Below are positions 8,863 through 18,363 of a stretch of DNA of 32,000 bases, piece by piece. Where the stretch lies: the NCBI RefSeq assembly GCF_000009045.1, contig NC_000964.3, positions 3,600,001-3,632,000 of the forward strand, read 5' to 3'. This DNA is from Bacillus subtilis subsp. subtilis str. 168. Lineage in GTDB: Bacteria; Bacillota; Bacilli; Bacillales; Bacillaceae. Both the position numbers and the translations under genes were made by a program. Position 1 is the first letter of the stretch; each line of letters starts with the position of its first letter. Below the pieces are notes generated by a model. The model searched no databases. It was not told the DNA's origin and saw nothing but the letters and a program-made list of their open reading frames with translations.

Positions 8863-8990
8863 AATTCATTCTTTAGACATGCTCCGATTTACGGAAATTG
8901 GATTTTAAAAAGTTTTAGAAGTAGAATCTTCCGGCTATACCGATTACAATATGTAAAAAGCTTACGGCAACCAAGGAGGCTGGACAAGCA

Positions 8991-9221
8991 ATGGAGAAAG
9001 ATCCCAGTGACTATACAGTAACACAAGAATCAGTGTTAAAGCTGATTCAGGAACAAAAAAGAATGAATCGTGAAATGATCACCGAGCTTGAGCAGATTCA
9101 CGGACCCTTCCCGATCTCTCACGATATCCAATATATAAAAGTGCTGCTCGACAGCAGCAACACACATATTGTTCAAGATTTAATGAGTGTAAGTAAGCAG
9201 CTGTATAAGAAGACTTTGTAA
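8991..9221 (+). CDS. yvkN: Small hypothetical protein (76 aa, soluble, helical)
   Basis: ATG preceded by AAGGAGG (11-nt spacing). No recognisable motif. Divergent from yvlA. Confidence 0.6.
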
Positions 9222-9340
9222 TTGCGGAAAACATATCATTCATTATAACTGAAACAAAGCTAAAGGTTAGATGACAATATCTTGCCTTTTTTGTTTTGAA
9301 AAAACAAGTGATTCCCTGGCTGTCACAAAATGATTGTAAC

Positions 9341-9388
9341 AAAAAAAGCCTGCCGGCACATCCAGTTAATGGACTCTGTCGGCAAGCT
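9341..9388 (-). terminator. Intrinsic terminator downstream of the flagellin remnant
   Basis: Minus strand: AGCTTGCCGACA-loop-TGCCGGCAGGCT followed by TTTTTTT (plus-strand A-run 9341-9347). Confidence 0.75.
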
Positions 9389-9419
9389 GTAACTATCAGA
9401 AAGAGATAGCCGTTCAAAA

Positions 9420-9971
9420 TTAACGTAACAATTGAAGCACGTTTTGCGGCTGTTGGTTTGCTTGAGCAAGCATCGCTTGAGAAGCTTGAGAAGGAATGTT
9501 GTTCTTTGTGAACTCGCTCATTTCTTTCGCCATGTCAACGTCACGGATACGGGACTCAGCAGCTGTCAGGTTTTCAGAAGAAGCACCAAGGTTGTTGATT
9601 GTGTGCTCTAGACGGTTTTGTACCGCACCAAGTTTAGCACGTTGGTTTGAGACATTGTTGATTGCAGTATCAATACTTTCAAGTTGTGTATCAAAAGGAG
9701 TATTAGCAAAATCTGTTACATTAAGTGCGTTTACTCCTAAAGCAGTTGATGACATGCTGTCAATGTTAACTGTAAGCTGCTGGCCAGCATTTGCTCCAAT
9801 TTGGAAAGTGAAACCATCAGTTTCAGTACCATCTAATAACTTTTTGCCGTTGAATTCAGTACGATTTGAAATGCCATCAACTTCCTCAATAAGCGCATCC
9901 ATTTCATCTTTAATTGCACCAAGATCTTCTGCTTGTTGTGTACCTGTGTTTCCTGCTTGAACAGTAAGTTC
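9420..9971 (-). pseudogene. yvzB: 5'-truncated flagellin paralog (retains part of D1, a short variable region and the C-terminal D1/D0; N-terminal ~95 codons missing)
   Basis: The frame reads ELTVQAGNTGTQQAEDLGAIKDEMDALIEEVDGISNRTEFNGKKLLDG...QRAKLGAVQNRLEHTINNL...AAESRIRDVDMAKEMSEFTKNNI.SQASQAMLAQANQQPQNVLQLLR, which is near-identical to the Hag conserved regions. Homology begins abruptly at about 9971. The first ATG (9902, 160-aa track ORF) has no SD. Confidence 0.8.
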
Positions 9972-9995
9972 ACTTCTAAACCTATTATGCCGTAA

Positions 9996-10042
9996 AGAAA
10001 AAGCTTGCCTGCTAAGCCCAAGGATGGACTTGCCGACAAGCT
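9996..10042 (-). terminator. uvrA intrinsic terminator
   Basis: Minus strand: AGCTTGTCGGCAAG-loop-TTAGCAGGCAAGCT followed by TTTTTC. About 73% identical by hand alignment to the hairpin at 9343-9390. Confidence 0.7.
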
Positions 10043-10063
10043 GTCCCCTCTTAACAGAGGGTT

Positions 10064-12937
10064 TTAAGATGTAGCTGTTTCTTTTGCTTTCAAGAGCGAT
10101 TTCATGCGTGTTTTGTCACGTTCGATAACAGGCTTTAAATAACGGCCTGTATACGATTCTTCAACTTCAGTGATTTCCTCAGGCGTTCCAGACGCGACAA
10201 TGGTTCCGCCTCCGGCTCCGCCTTCCGGGCCCAAATCCACAATGTAATCGGCCGTCTTAATGATATCAAGATTGTGCTCAATAACCAGTACAGTGTCTCC
10301 GTTGTCTACCAACCGTTGCAGCACGACAAGAAGCCTGGCGATATCGTCGACATGCAAACCTGTCGTCGGCTCATCTAAAATGTAGAGCGTACGTCCGGTT
10401 GAGCGTTTGTGCAGCTCTGACGCGAGCTTCACGCGCTGCGCTTCTCCGCCTGACAAGGTCGTCGCCGGCTGGCCGAGCGTAATATAACCTAAACCAACAT
10501 CATAAAGGGTTTGGAGCTTGCGTTTGATTTTCGGGATATTTTCAAAGAAAGAAAGAGCATCTTCAACCGTCATATCAAGCACATCAGAGATGCTTTTTCC
10601 TTTGTACGTCACTTCAAGCGTTTCACGGTTATAGCGTTTGCCGTGACACACCTCGCATGGAACGTATACGTCAGGAAGGAAGTGCATTTCAATTTTAATA
10701 ATCCCGTCTCCGCGGCAGGCTTCACATCGTCCGCCCTTCACGTTGAAGCTGAAACGGCCTTTTTTATAGCCGCGGACCTTCGCTTCATTTGTCTGCGCGA
10801 ATACATCACGAATGTCATCAAATACACCGGTGTATGTCGCAGGGTTGGATCTCGGCGTTCTTCCGATTGGCGCCTGGTCAATGTCAATGACTTTATCTAA
10901 ATGATCCAAACCTTTAATCTCTTTATGGCTGCCGGGCTTCGCTTTCGCTTTATGAAGCTTTTGCGCCAGCGCCTTATGCAAAATTTCATTAACGAGTGTA
11001 CTCTTTCCTGAACCGGAAACACCTGTAACTGCTGTAAACGTCCCAAGCGGGAACTTGGCATTCACTTTTTTCAGGTTGTTTTCTGATGCACCTTTAATTT
11101 CAATGTAACGTCCGTCCGGCTTTCTTCTTTCAGGAGGCAATGGGATAAACTTTTTCCCTGATAAATAGCTGCCCGTTAATGAATTTGGATCTTCCATCAC
11201 TTCTTCCGGCGTACCCGCAGATATCACCTGTCCGCCGTGAATGCCGGCTCCCGGTCCAATATCTATTAAATAATCTGCTGCCATCATCGTGTCCTCATCA
11301 TGTTCGACAACAATCAGCGTGTTCCCGAGGTCTCTCATATTTTTCAGAGCGCTGATCAAGCGGTCGTTATCACGCTGATGCAGACCGATAGACGGCTCAT
11401 CTAAAATATAAAGCACACCGGATAAACGCGAGCCAATTTGAGTCGCCAGCCTGATGCGCTGCGCCTCTCCTCCGGACAATGTACCCGCTGCCCTGCTCAA
11501 TGTCAGGTAATCGAGGCCGACTTTGTCCAGAAAGCTTAAGCGCTCCACAATTTCGCGCAAAATCAAATTGGCGATCTGCATATCCTTCTCAGAAAGGGTA
11601 AGATCTTTAAAGAAGGCAAGTGCGTCGGCGACAGACAGCTCGGTAATTTTCCCAATGTGGCGGCCGTCAATCAGTACGGCAAGCGCCTCTTTCTTTAACC
11701 GATAGCCTTTGCACGTCGGACAAGACTTCTGAGACATATACTGCTCCATTTGCTCACGTATGAAATCGGAGCCTGTCTCCTTATAGCGTCTTTCAATGTT
11801 GCGCAATACGCCTTCAAATTGAATTTCACCTTCGCGGATTTGTCCAAAATCATTTTCATATCGGAAATAAATCAGGTCATCCCCGCTGCCGTACAGCACT
11901 TTATCCAGTTGATGCTTCGGCAAATCTTTGACCGGCACATCCATATCAATCCCGTAGTGGGTGCAGACTGCCTCAAGCAGCTGAGGATAATATTGTGAGC
12001 TGATCGGTGTCCAAGGGGCGACCGCATTCTCCTTCAATGACAAATCTTGATTGGGGATGACAAGATCGGCATCCACTTCAAGCTTCATTCCGAGACCGTC
12101 ACACGTCGGACACGCCCCGAACGGACTGTTAAACGAAAACAGACGCGGCTCAAGCTCACCAATTGAAAATCCGCAGTGCGGACAGGCATGATGCTCGCTG
12201 AACATCAGCTCTTCCTCACCGATGACATCGATCATAACCCGTCCTTCACCTAAACGAAGCGCCGTTTCCAATGAATCTGACAGCCGGGCTGCCACGCCTT
12301 CTTTCACGACAATCCGGTCAATGACTACCTCAATGGAATGCTTCTTGTTCTTTTCTAATTCGATATCGTCGGAAAGCTCAGCCATCTCGCCGTCAATTCT
12401 GACTCTGACATAGCCTTGTTTCCTAATCTGTTCAAGCACTTTGACATGAGCGCCTTTTCGGCCCGAGACAATCGGCGCCAGCACCTGAAGCTTCGTCCGT
12501 TCCGGGTATTCCAGAATTCTGTCCACCATTTGCTCGATGGTCTGGGATGTAATCTCAATTCCGTGTTCCGGACAATGAGGCTTCCCTACTCTCGCATATA
12601 AAAGACGCAGATAATCATAAATCTCAGTTACCGTACCGACAGTAGACCTCGGATTGCGGCTCGTTGTTTTCTGATCAATGCTGATGGCGGGAGAGAGCCC
12701 CTCAATTGCATCCACATCCGGCTTATCCATTTGCCCTAAAAACTGGCGGGCATAGGCAGACAGCGACTCGACATACCGTCTCTGTCCTTCAGCATATATC
12801 GTGTCAAAGGCAAGGGAGGATTTACCTGATCCGGACAAACCCGTGACAACGACAAGCTGATCTCTCGGAATCGTTACATCTATATTTTTCAGGTTATGCG
12901 CCCTGGCTCCCTTCACCTCTATCCGATCCATAGCCAT
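10064..12937 (-). CDS. uvrA: Excinuclease ABC subunit A
   Basis: 957 aa. Two ABC modules ([18 protein letters not shown]; LSGGEAQR twice) and zinc-finger Cys clusters (CPHCGFS...CPTCDG; CEACRGDG...CEVCHG). Confidence 0.97.
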   Translation of the reverse strand: MAMDRIEVKGARAHNLKNIDVTIPRDQLVVVTGLSGSGKSSLAFDTIYAEGQRRYVESLSAYARQFLGQMDKPDVDAIEGLSPAISIDQKTTSRNPRSTVGTVTEIYDYLRLLYARVGKPHCPEHGIEITSQTIEQMVDRILEYPERTKLQVLAPIVSGRKGAHVKVLEQIRKQGYVRVRIDGEMAELSDDIELEKNKKHSIEVVIDRIVVKEGVAARLSDSLETALRLGEGRVMIDVIGEEELMFSEHHACPHCGFSIGELEPRLFSFNSPFGACPTCDGLGMKLEVDADLVIPNQDLSLKENAVAPWTPISSQYYPQLLEAVCTHYGIDMDVPVKDLPKHQLDKVLYGSGDDLIYFRYENDFGQIREGEIQFEGVLRNIERRYKETGSDFIREQMEQYMSQKSCPTCKGYRLKKEALAVLIDGRHIGKITELSVADALAFFKDLTLSEKDMQIANLILREIVERLSFLDKVGLDYLTLSRAAGTLSGGEAQRIRLATQIGSRLSGVLYILDEPSIGLHQRDNDRLISALKNMRDLGNTLIVVEHDEDTMMAADYLIDIGPGAGIHGGQVISAGTPEEVMEDPNSLTGSYLSGKKFIPLPPERRKPDGRYIEIKGASENNLKKVNAKFPLGTFTAVTGVSGSGKSTLVNEILHKALAQKLHKAKAKPGSHKEIKGLDHLDKVIDIDQAPIGRTPRSNPATYTGVFDDIRDVFAQTNEAKVRGYKKGRFSFNVKGGRCEACRGDGIIKIEMHFLPDVYVPCEVCHGKRYNRETLEVTYKGKSISDVLDMTVEDALSFFENIPKIKRKLQTLYDVGLGYITLGQPATTLSGGEAQRVKLASELHKRSTGRTLYILDEPTTGLHVDDIARLLVVLQRLVDNGDTVLVIEHNLDIIKTADYIVDLGPEGGAGGGTIVASGTPEEITEVEESYTGRYLKPVIERDKTRMKSLLKAKETATS

Positions 12938-12944
12938 TTGTTCA

Positions 12945-14930
12945 TCATCCTTCCGCTTTTAGCTCTAAAAGTAAATCGCGAAGCTCCGCGGCTCTCTCAA
13001 AGTCAAGCGCCTTGGCGGCTTCCTTCATTTCATGCTCCATCTGTTCAACGACTTTCTGGCGTTCTTTCTTCGTCATTTTCGACAGCTTCGGCGCGGCTTT
13101 TGTTTTGTATTCCGCTTTATCCTCAGCTGCTACTGTGGCACGAATGACATCGCGAATTTCTTTATTTATCGTTTTCGGCGTAATGCCGTGCTCTTCGTTA
13201 AACCGCTCCTGCTGCTCGCGGCGGCGTTTTGTTTCATTAATCGCAATTTCCATAGACTTCGTTATTTTATCGGCGTACATAATGACGCGGCCTTCCGCAT
13301 TTCTCGCTGCCCGTCCGATGGTCTGGATCAGCGACCGCTCCGAACGAAGGAAACCTTCCTTATCCGCATCCAAAATCGCAACAAGGGATACTTCGGGAAT
13401 GTCCAAACCTTCCCTCAGCAGGTTGATGCCGACAAGCACATCGTACTTGCCAAGGCGCAGGTCGCGGATAATTTCAATCCGTTCAAGCGTCTTGATCTCA
13501 GAATGCAGATAGTTTACTTTAATGCCGATTTCCTTTAAATAATCGGTCAGATCCTCTGACATCTTCTTCGTCAAAGTTGTCACAAGCACCCGTTCATTCC
13601 GCTCGATTCTTGCTTGAATTTCGCCGATCAAGTCGTCAATCTGACCTTCGATTGGACGGACGTCAATAAGCGGGTCAAGAAGCCCCGTCGGACGAATGAT
13701 CTGTTCGACCATTTCATCTGTATGTTCAATCTCGTACGGCCCTGGTGTTGCTGATACATACACGATATTGTGCATATGCTTTTCAAATTCCTCAAAACGA
13801 AGCGGACGGTTATCAAGCGCTGATGGAAGCCGGAAGCCGTGATCCACGAGCACCTGTTTCCGCGCCTGGTCTCCGTTAAACATGCCGCGCACCTGAGGAA
13901 TTGTCACATGCGACTCATCCACCACGATCATAAAATCGTCTGGGAAATAATCAAGAAGCGTATACGGCGTTGAACCTGGAGGCCGCAGAGTCAAATGTCT
14001 TGAATAGTTCTCGATGCCGGAGCAGAAACCCATTTCACGCATCATTTCAAGATCATATCTTGTCCGCTGCTCTAAACGCTGCGCTTCAAGGAGCTTTCCG
14101 TTTTCATGCATGACCTTCAGCTGCTCCTCAAGCTCCTTCTCGATATTTTGAATCGCCTTCTCCATTTTCTCGGCCCGCGTTACGAAGTGGGATGCCGGGA
14201 AAATCGCAACATGATCTCGGTCGCCGAGAATTTCTCCTGTCAGCGCATCTACTTCCCGAATCCGTTCGATTTCGTCACCGAAAAATTCAACTCTGACACA
14301 ATGCTCATCACGGGATGCCGGAAAGATTTCCACTACATCCCCGCGCACACGAAATGTACCGCGCTGAAAGTCGATATCGTTGCGGGCATATTGGATGTCT
14401 ACAAGTTTTCTGAGCAGCTCGTTGCGCTCAATTTCCATTTCAGTCCGCAGTGACACGACCATTTCCCGGTATTCCTCAGGCGAACCGAGGCCGTATATAC
14501 AAGACACACTCGCAATAATAATGACATCTCTGCGCTCAAACAAAGCTGATGTGGCGGAGTGTCTCAGTTTATCAATTTCATCATTAATACTAGCGTCTTT
14601 CTCTATAAATGTATCCGTTTGAGGCACATACGCCTCCGGCTGATAATAATCATAGTAGCTGACAAAATACTCGACAGCATTGTTCGGAAAAAATTCCTTG
14701 AACTCACTGTAAAGCTGTCCAGCAAGGGTTTTGTTATGGGCAATCACGAGAGTCGGCTTATTGACTTCTTTAATCAAATTGGACACCGTAAATGTTTTCC
14801 CAGTTCCTGTTGCACCCAGCAGAGTCTGATGCTTCTTGCCCTCCTGAATTCCTTTCACAAGCTTTTCAATGGCTTTCGGCTGATCTCCCTGGGGCTGATA
14901 TTTCGAGACTAACTCAAAGCGATCTTTCAC
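12945..14930 (-). CDS. uvrB: Excinuclease ABC subunit B
   Basis: The track ORF extends to 14984, but the GTG at 14930 ([17 protein letters not shown]...) has SD GGAGG 8 nt upstream and gives 661 aa. [12 protein letters not shown] and a C-terminal UVR motif are present. 7-nt gap to uvrA. Confidence 0.95.
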   Translation of the reverse strand: MKDRFELVSKYQPQGDQPKAIEKLVKGIQEGKKHQTLLGATGTGKTFTVSNLIKEVNKPTLVIAHNKTLAGQLYSEFKEFFPNNAVEYFVSYYDYYQPEAYVPQTDTFIEKDASINDEIDKLRHSATSALFERRDVIIIASVSCIYGLGSPEEYREMVVSLRTEMEIERNELLRKLVDIQYARNDIDFQRGTFRVRGDVVEIFPASRDEHCVRVEFFGDEIERIREVDALTGEILGDRDHVAIFPASHFVTRAEKMEKAIQNIEKELEEQLKVMHENGKLLEAQRLEQRTRYDLEMMREMGFCSGIENYSRHLTLRPPGSTPYTLLDYFPDDFMIVVDESHVTIPQVRGMFNGDQARKQVLVDHGFRLPSALDNRPLRFEEFEKHMHNIVYVSATPGPYEIEHTDEMVEQIIRPTGLLDPLIDVRPIEGQIDDLIGEIQARIERNERVLVTTLTKKMSEDLTDYLKEIGIKVNYLHSEIKTLERIEIIRDLRLGKYDVLVGINLLREGLDIPEVSLVAILDADKEGFLRSERSLIQTIGRAARNAEGRVIMYADKITKSMEIAINETKRRREQQERFNEEHGITPKTINKEIRDVIRATVAAEDKAEYKTKAAPKLSKMTKKERQKVVEQMEHEMKEAAKALDFERAAELRDLLLELKAEG

Positions 14931-15008
14931 AAAAATAAGCCTCCGTTTCTTTAACGAAATCTTCCTATAGATATAGTAACACAATGGAAAGCAAAATCAC
15001 TAAAAATA

Positions 15009-15022
15009 CGAACTAAAGTTCG
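15009..15022. promoter_or_regulatory. LexA (SOS / Cheo) box CGAACTAAAGTTCG upstream of uvrBA
   Basis: Perfect CGAAC-N4-GTTCG palindrome about 80 nt upstream of the uvrB start, adjacent to an extended -10 (TGTTACTAT on the minus strand). Confidence 0.85.
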
Positions 15023-15052
15023 GTGGTTTTTTATTTCCAGCTGTTTTTGTGT

Positions 15053-15085
15053 ATAAAAAACCTGCTTTTAAAACGTAAAAGCAGG
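15053..15085 (-). terminator. csbA terminator
   Basis: Minus strand: CCTGCTTTTAC-gt-TTTAAAAGCAGG followed by TTTTTTATAC. Confidence 0.8.
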
Positions 15086-15115
15086 TATTCAGTCTTTATA
15101 TTCATTATGTCCGAT

Positions 15116-15346
15116 TTATTCTTCTTTTTTCTCTGCAGCTTTTTTGGCCATATACAGTCCGCCAGCCACAAGAGACACAACATCCAATCCTACAATAAAA
15201 TACGTTTCTGTATAGCCTTTTAAATAAGAGGCAAACAGCAATGCAGCTGTTAAAGCGATCGCCACATAATGATTAAAGGTGACTCTAGTAAATAGAACAA
15301 CAAGCATAAAAGGGAAAAACAATGCAAAAACGGCTTTTGTAATCAA
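15116..15346 (-). CDS. csbA: Small general-stress membrane protein
   Basis: Track ORF begins TTG-TTG. The second TTG (15346) sits 7 nt after GGAGG, giving 76 aa. Two or three TM helices and a KKAAEKKEE tail. Confidence 0.85.
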   Translation of the reverse strand: MITKAVFALFFPFMLVVLFTRVTFNHYVAIALTAALLFASYLKGYTETYFIVGLDVVSLVAGGLYMAKKAAEKKEE

Positions 15347-15381
15347 CAAAAACCCTCCTCAGGGATTCTTCATCTGATCTG

Positions 15382-15410
15382 ATTATAGTAAAAAATGAAG
15401 AATCGGACAA
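15382..15410 (-). promoter_or_regulatory. sigmaA promoter of csbA (TTGTCC-N17-TATAAT)
   Basis: Minus strand: TTGTCC (15410-15405), 17-nt spacer, TATAAT (15387-15382). Confidence 0.6.
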
Positions 15411-15438
15411 TCGTGCATTCGCTCCCTCTACTTACACC

Positions 15439-15464
15439 ATACCCCTTTTCAGCCAAAATCAATC
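15439..15464 (-). promoter_or_regulatory. sigmaB-type promoter of csbA (GATTGA-N14-GGGTAT)
   Basis: Exact GGGTAT -10 (15444-15439). The -35 matches GTTTAA at only 4 of 6 positions, with a 14-nt spacer. Confidence 0.5.
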
Positions 15465-15505
15465 ACCATATTTGCATTTTGGTGCCGGTCAAAACTTATT
15501 CCATG

Positions 15506-15537
15506 GTGCCGCTGTTCTAATCAGCGGCACTTTTTTT
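15506..15537 (+). terminator. Orphan plus-strand intrinsic terminator
   Basis: GTGCCGCTG-ttctaat-CAGCGGCAC followed by TTTTTTT. Canonical on the + strand only (no U-tract on the minus strand). No annotated + gene lies upstream. Confidence 0.7.
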
Positions 15538-15665
15538 ATTACATCATCAAGTCCGCCGCCAGATTCCGAGAATAAAAGAAAATAGGCATACAGTACCAGT
15601 ACGGCCGCATTTTTCAGGATAATATAACCAACTTAACTATTCATTTTATTTAGGACTTTCTGCGT

Positions 15666-15694
15666 TTGACAGCATTTTCCTGAAAACCTACAAT
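15666..15694 (+). promoter_or_regulatory. Near-consensus sigmaA promoter of pps/yvkC (TTGACA-N17-TACAAT)
   Basis: TTGACA 15666-15671, exactly 17 nt, TACAAT 15689-15694. About 100 nt upstream of the ATG. Confidence 0.7.
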
Positions 15695-15695
15695 T

Positions 15696-15719
15696 AAATG
15701 ATAGTGTTTACTATCATTT
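15696..15719. promoter_or_regulatory. Perfect inverted repeat AAATGATAGT-gttt-ACTATCATTT, operator candidate
   Basis: 10-bp perfect arms with a 4-bp spacer, starting 2 nt after the -10. It therefore straddles the predicted transcription start site. Confidence 0.55.
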
Positions 15720-15792
15720 TTTAAACACAGGCTCCGCAATAAAAAGACTAGAGAGAAAAACAAAATGAATGAAGAAAAGAGGGGTTTCAAAT

Positions 15793-18288
15793 ATGTATTC
15801 TGTTTTATTTCGCCAGGCAGAAGAGTCCAGCCAGCTGGCTGGAGCAAAAGGAATGAATTTGATTAAATTGACCAAACACGGTCTTCCTGTTCCGGACGGG
15901 TTTATTATTCAAACGAATGCGCTCGCACGTTTTATGGAGGACAACCAGCTTCAAGAGACTAGTGAAAACGTCGAAGGCGGGATCATTTCCGGAACATTTT
16001 CGGATGAGCTGAAAGATGAGCTGACTAGTTCCTTTTATAAGCTTAGAGAATCATATCGATCCGTAGCCGTGCGTTCTTCGTCTGCTTCGGAAGATTTAGA
16101 AGGCGCCTCATTCGCGGGTCAATATGAAACCTACTTAAATATCAAAACAGAGGAAGAGTTTCTGGCTAAAGTGAAAGAATGCTGGGCCTCATTTTTTTCT
16201 GGGCGGGTCAGCAGCTATAAGAAAAAAATGAACAATCAAATCGCAGAGCCGTTAATGGGAATAGTCGTTCAGGGGCTGATCGATTCAGAAATGTCAGGTG
16301 TTATCTTCAGCCGCAACCCTGTTACCCATGATGATAGAGAGCTTTTAATCAGCGCCAGCTACGGGTTGGGTGAAGCTGTTGTTTCAGGAAATGTTACCCC
16401 AGACACGTTCATTGTTAATAAATCTTCGTTTGAGATTCAGAAAGAAATAGGTGCAAAGGAAATCTACATGGAGTCTGCGGCAGAAGGAATTGCTGAAAAA
16501 GAAACGAGTGAAGACATGCGCAGCCGTTTTTGCCTTACAGATGAACAAGTGATTGAATTGGCTGAAATCACAAAAAAAACCGAAGACCTGTACGGATATC
16601 CTGTTGATATAGAATTTGGAATTGCTGATCATCAAATATACCTTCTGCAAGCTCGCCCGATTACAACCATTGATCAGGACAAAAAAGCGGCAGAAGAAAA
16701 ACGCAGCTTCATGATTACCGACACTGATATGAATGATTTCTGGCTTAACATGGAGTCTAATATTGAAGGTCCGGTGAGTCCGTTATTTTCATCCTTCATC
16801 GTGCCGGCATTGGAATATGGCTTGAAGAAGAGCATGCAAAAGTTTCCGATTGGTGTAGTTGTTGATGAAGTAAAACTTTATCGCGGACATATTTATTCCA
16901 AAAACCAAGGCGGACAGCAGCCTCCTTCTGAAGACTGCGGCAAAGAGCTTTTCCCGATTTTATCGGAGCATATGTATGACATCATCAATCACACATACCT
17001 CCCTTTTTACCGGACACTGGACCAGCTCGCACAAACTGAGCATACCGCAGAAAGCGCACTGGAAGCTTTTCAAAAACTAAAGGCCTTTTATCTCACGGCT
17101 TATGAAGAGCACTTTAATATCGTTTTCCCGCAAATCCTTTTAACAAACAAACTGCAAGCGATGTATCAGGACATTCAAGGAGAGTCCGAAAACGCTCATT
17201 TTTACGAGATGCTGACAGGAAAAATGAACAAATCACTGGAAACGGACCGTTGCTTATGGCTATTTTCTGTGGAAGTTCAGGAGAACCCGAACCTTCTGGC
17301 CATTTTTGAAAACAACAAGCCTGAACAGCTCCAGGAGAAATTGGAACAAACAGATGAGGGAAGACACTTCCTGAAGAACGTCCATGAATTCTTGCAAGAA
17401 TACGGATGGAGATCTGTTAAAAGTCATGATCTGATTGAACAAATCTGGGTGGAAAATCCGTATTTCGCTCTGGCCAATATTCAAAATTATGTCCGTAATG
17501 GCTATCATTTTGACAATGAATTTCAGAAAACAAAAGAAAAACGAGAGAAATTATACAATGAATTCTTGGAAAGCATAGAAGATCCCGGTTTACGCACCGA
17601 ATTTGACCGCTATTATCAATGGACACTGAACTCTGCAAATATAAAAGATGATCACCACTTTTATATTGACGCCATGCTGGATGCCAAGGCGAGAATCTTT
17701 CTGCTGAAGATAGGTGAATTGCTGGCGGAAAACGGTGTCATTCAAGATCGGGAGGACCTTTGGTTCTTATATGACGACGAAGTGGAACAAGCGCTTCTTC
17801 ACCCTGTATCCCTGCAAGAAAAGGCTGAAAAACGCAGACAGATTTTTCATGAGTATGAGCTGGCCCAAGCCCCGGCCTACCTCGGCACCCCGACAAAAGA
17901 ACAGCTCAAAGCAGCTGAAGAAATTGTCGGCGCTGTGATAGAGGATGAAAAAAACACAGAGAATCATATTTTTGGCATTGCGGCATCAAGCGGCATTGCG
18001 ACAGGTCCGGTGAAAATCATTCGGGACGCCAATGAATTTTCTCAATTCGCGCCTGGAGACGTACTCGTTTGCAAGATGACCACACCGCTATGGACCAGCC
18101 TGTTTCAAGACGCCAAAGCGATTATTACAGACACAGGCGGCATTTTGTCTCACGCTGCGATTATTGCCCGTGAATACGGCATTCCAGCCGTTCTCGGCAC
18201 ACGCACGGCAACCGAAAGACTGCGAGACGGTGACATCATCACTGTTGACGGAAGCAGCGGCAAAATCACAGTTGTCAGCCGGTCCTGA
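15793..18288 (+). CDS. pps: PEP-utilising-enzyme-family phosphotransferase annotated as 'PEP synthase'. Domain order is ATP-grasp, then a ~400-aa middle domain, then a C-terminal swivel His domain (rifampicin-phosphotransferase-like)
   Basis: ATG 15793 (SD AAGAGGGG), 831 aa. N-terminus GAKGMNLIKL...VAVRSSSASEDLEGASFAGQYETYLNI...VDIEFGIADHQIYLLQARPIT. C-terminus GIATGPVKII...TDTGGILSHAAIIAREYGIPAVLG. No TIM-barrel-like region follows the His domain. Confidence 0.85.
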   Translation: MYSVLFRQAEESSQLAGAKGMNLIKLTKHGLPVPDGFIIQTNALARFMEDNQLQETSENVEGGIISGTFSDELKDELTSSFYKLRESYRSVAVRSSSASEDLEGASFAGQYETYLNIKTEEEFLAKVKECWASFFSGRVSSYKKKMNNQIAEPLMGIVVQGLIDSEMSGVIFSRNPVTHDDRELLISASYGLGEAVVSGNVTPDTFIVNKSSFEIQKEIGAKEIYMESAAEGIAEKETSEDMRSRFCLTDEQVIELAEITKKTEDLYGYPVDIEFGIADHQIYLLQARPITTIDQDKKAAEEKRSFMITDTDMNDFWLNMESNIEGPVSPLFSSFIVPALEYGLKKSMQKFPIGVVVDEVKLYRGHIYSKNQGGQQPPSEDCGKELFPILSEHMYDIINHTYLPFYRTLDQLAQTEHTAESALEAFQKLKAFYLTAYEEHFNIVFPQILLTNKLQAMYQDIQGESENAHFYEMLTGKMNKSLETDRCLWLFSVEVQENPNLLAIFENNKPEQLQEKLEQTDEGRHFLKNVHEFLQEYGWRSVKSHDLIEQIWVENPYFALANIQNYVRNGYHFDNEFQKTKEKREKLYNEFLESIEDPGLRTEFDRYYQWTLNSANIKDDHHFYIDAMLDAKARIFLLKIGELLAENGVIQDREDLWFLYDDEVEQALLHPVSLQEKAEKRRQIFHEYELAQAPAYLGTPTKEQLKAAEEIVGAVIEDEKNTENHIFGIAASSGIATGPVKIIRDANEFSQFAPGDVLVCKMTTPLWTSLFQDAKAIITDTGGILSHAAIIAREYGIPAVLGTRTATERLRDGDIITVDGSSGKITVVSRS

Positions 18289-18363
18289 TGCGTCCCCCTC
18301 TTTCTTATACAAGCGGGGCGGGTGTATACTTGTCCTGCCAGTATATTCGTGAGGTGAAACGTA

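Noticed and set aside
9079-9417. 112-aa minus-strand ORF between yvkN and the flagellin remnant
   Set aside because: It overlaps yvkN antisense and spans the terminator hairpin at 9341-9388. It is Cys-rich junk sequence with no SD.
10046-10065. Short hairpin CCCTCT-taac-AGAGGG followed by TTTT on the + strand, abutting the uvrA stop
   Set aside because: It has only 6 bp, and the T-run is partly the uvrA stop codon. It may add to convergent-transcription insulation, but it is too weak to call as a separate terminator.
13012-13538. Two overlapping 166/168-aa + strand ORFs inside uvrB, plus similar ones in uvrA, secA, pps, ctpB and ftsE
   Set aside because: These are antisense shadow ORFs within strongly motif-supported genes. 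They are Ser/Arg/Phe/Ile-rich and have no ribosome-binding sites.
14931-14984. 18-codon N-terminal extension of uvrB ([18 protein letters not shown])
   Set aside because: The extension contains the SD (GGAGG) that serves the GTG at 14930. UvrB homologs begin at (M/V)KDRFEL.
15395-15520. Calling the 41-codon ORF a protein-coding gene
   Set aside because: There is no Shine-Dalgarno sequence and no recognisable promoter, and I cannot assess conservation. It is kept only as a possibility under the orphan-terminator finding.
15696-15726. Reading the AAATGATAGT/ACTATCATTT hairpin plus T-run as an intrinsic terminator or attenuator
   Set aside because: The stem is entirely A:U-rich. The predicted TSS falls inside the left arm, so the RNA hairpin would be incomplete. 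An operator is the more economical reading, although this is untested.
15650-15847. 65-aa minus-strand ORF over the pps promoter and start
   Set aside because: It overlaps the pps promoter, operator and 5' coding region in antisense. It has no SD and would have no terminator.
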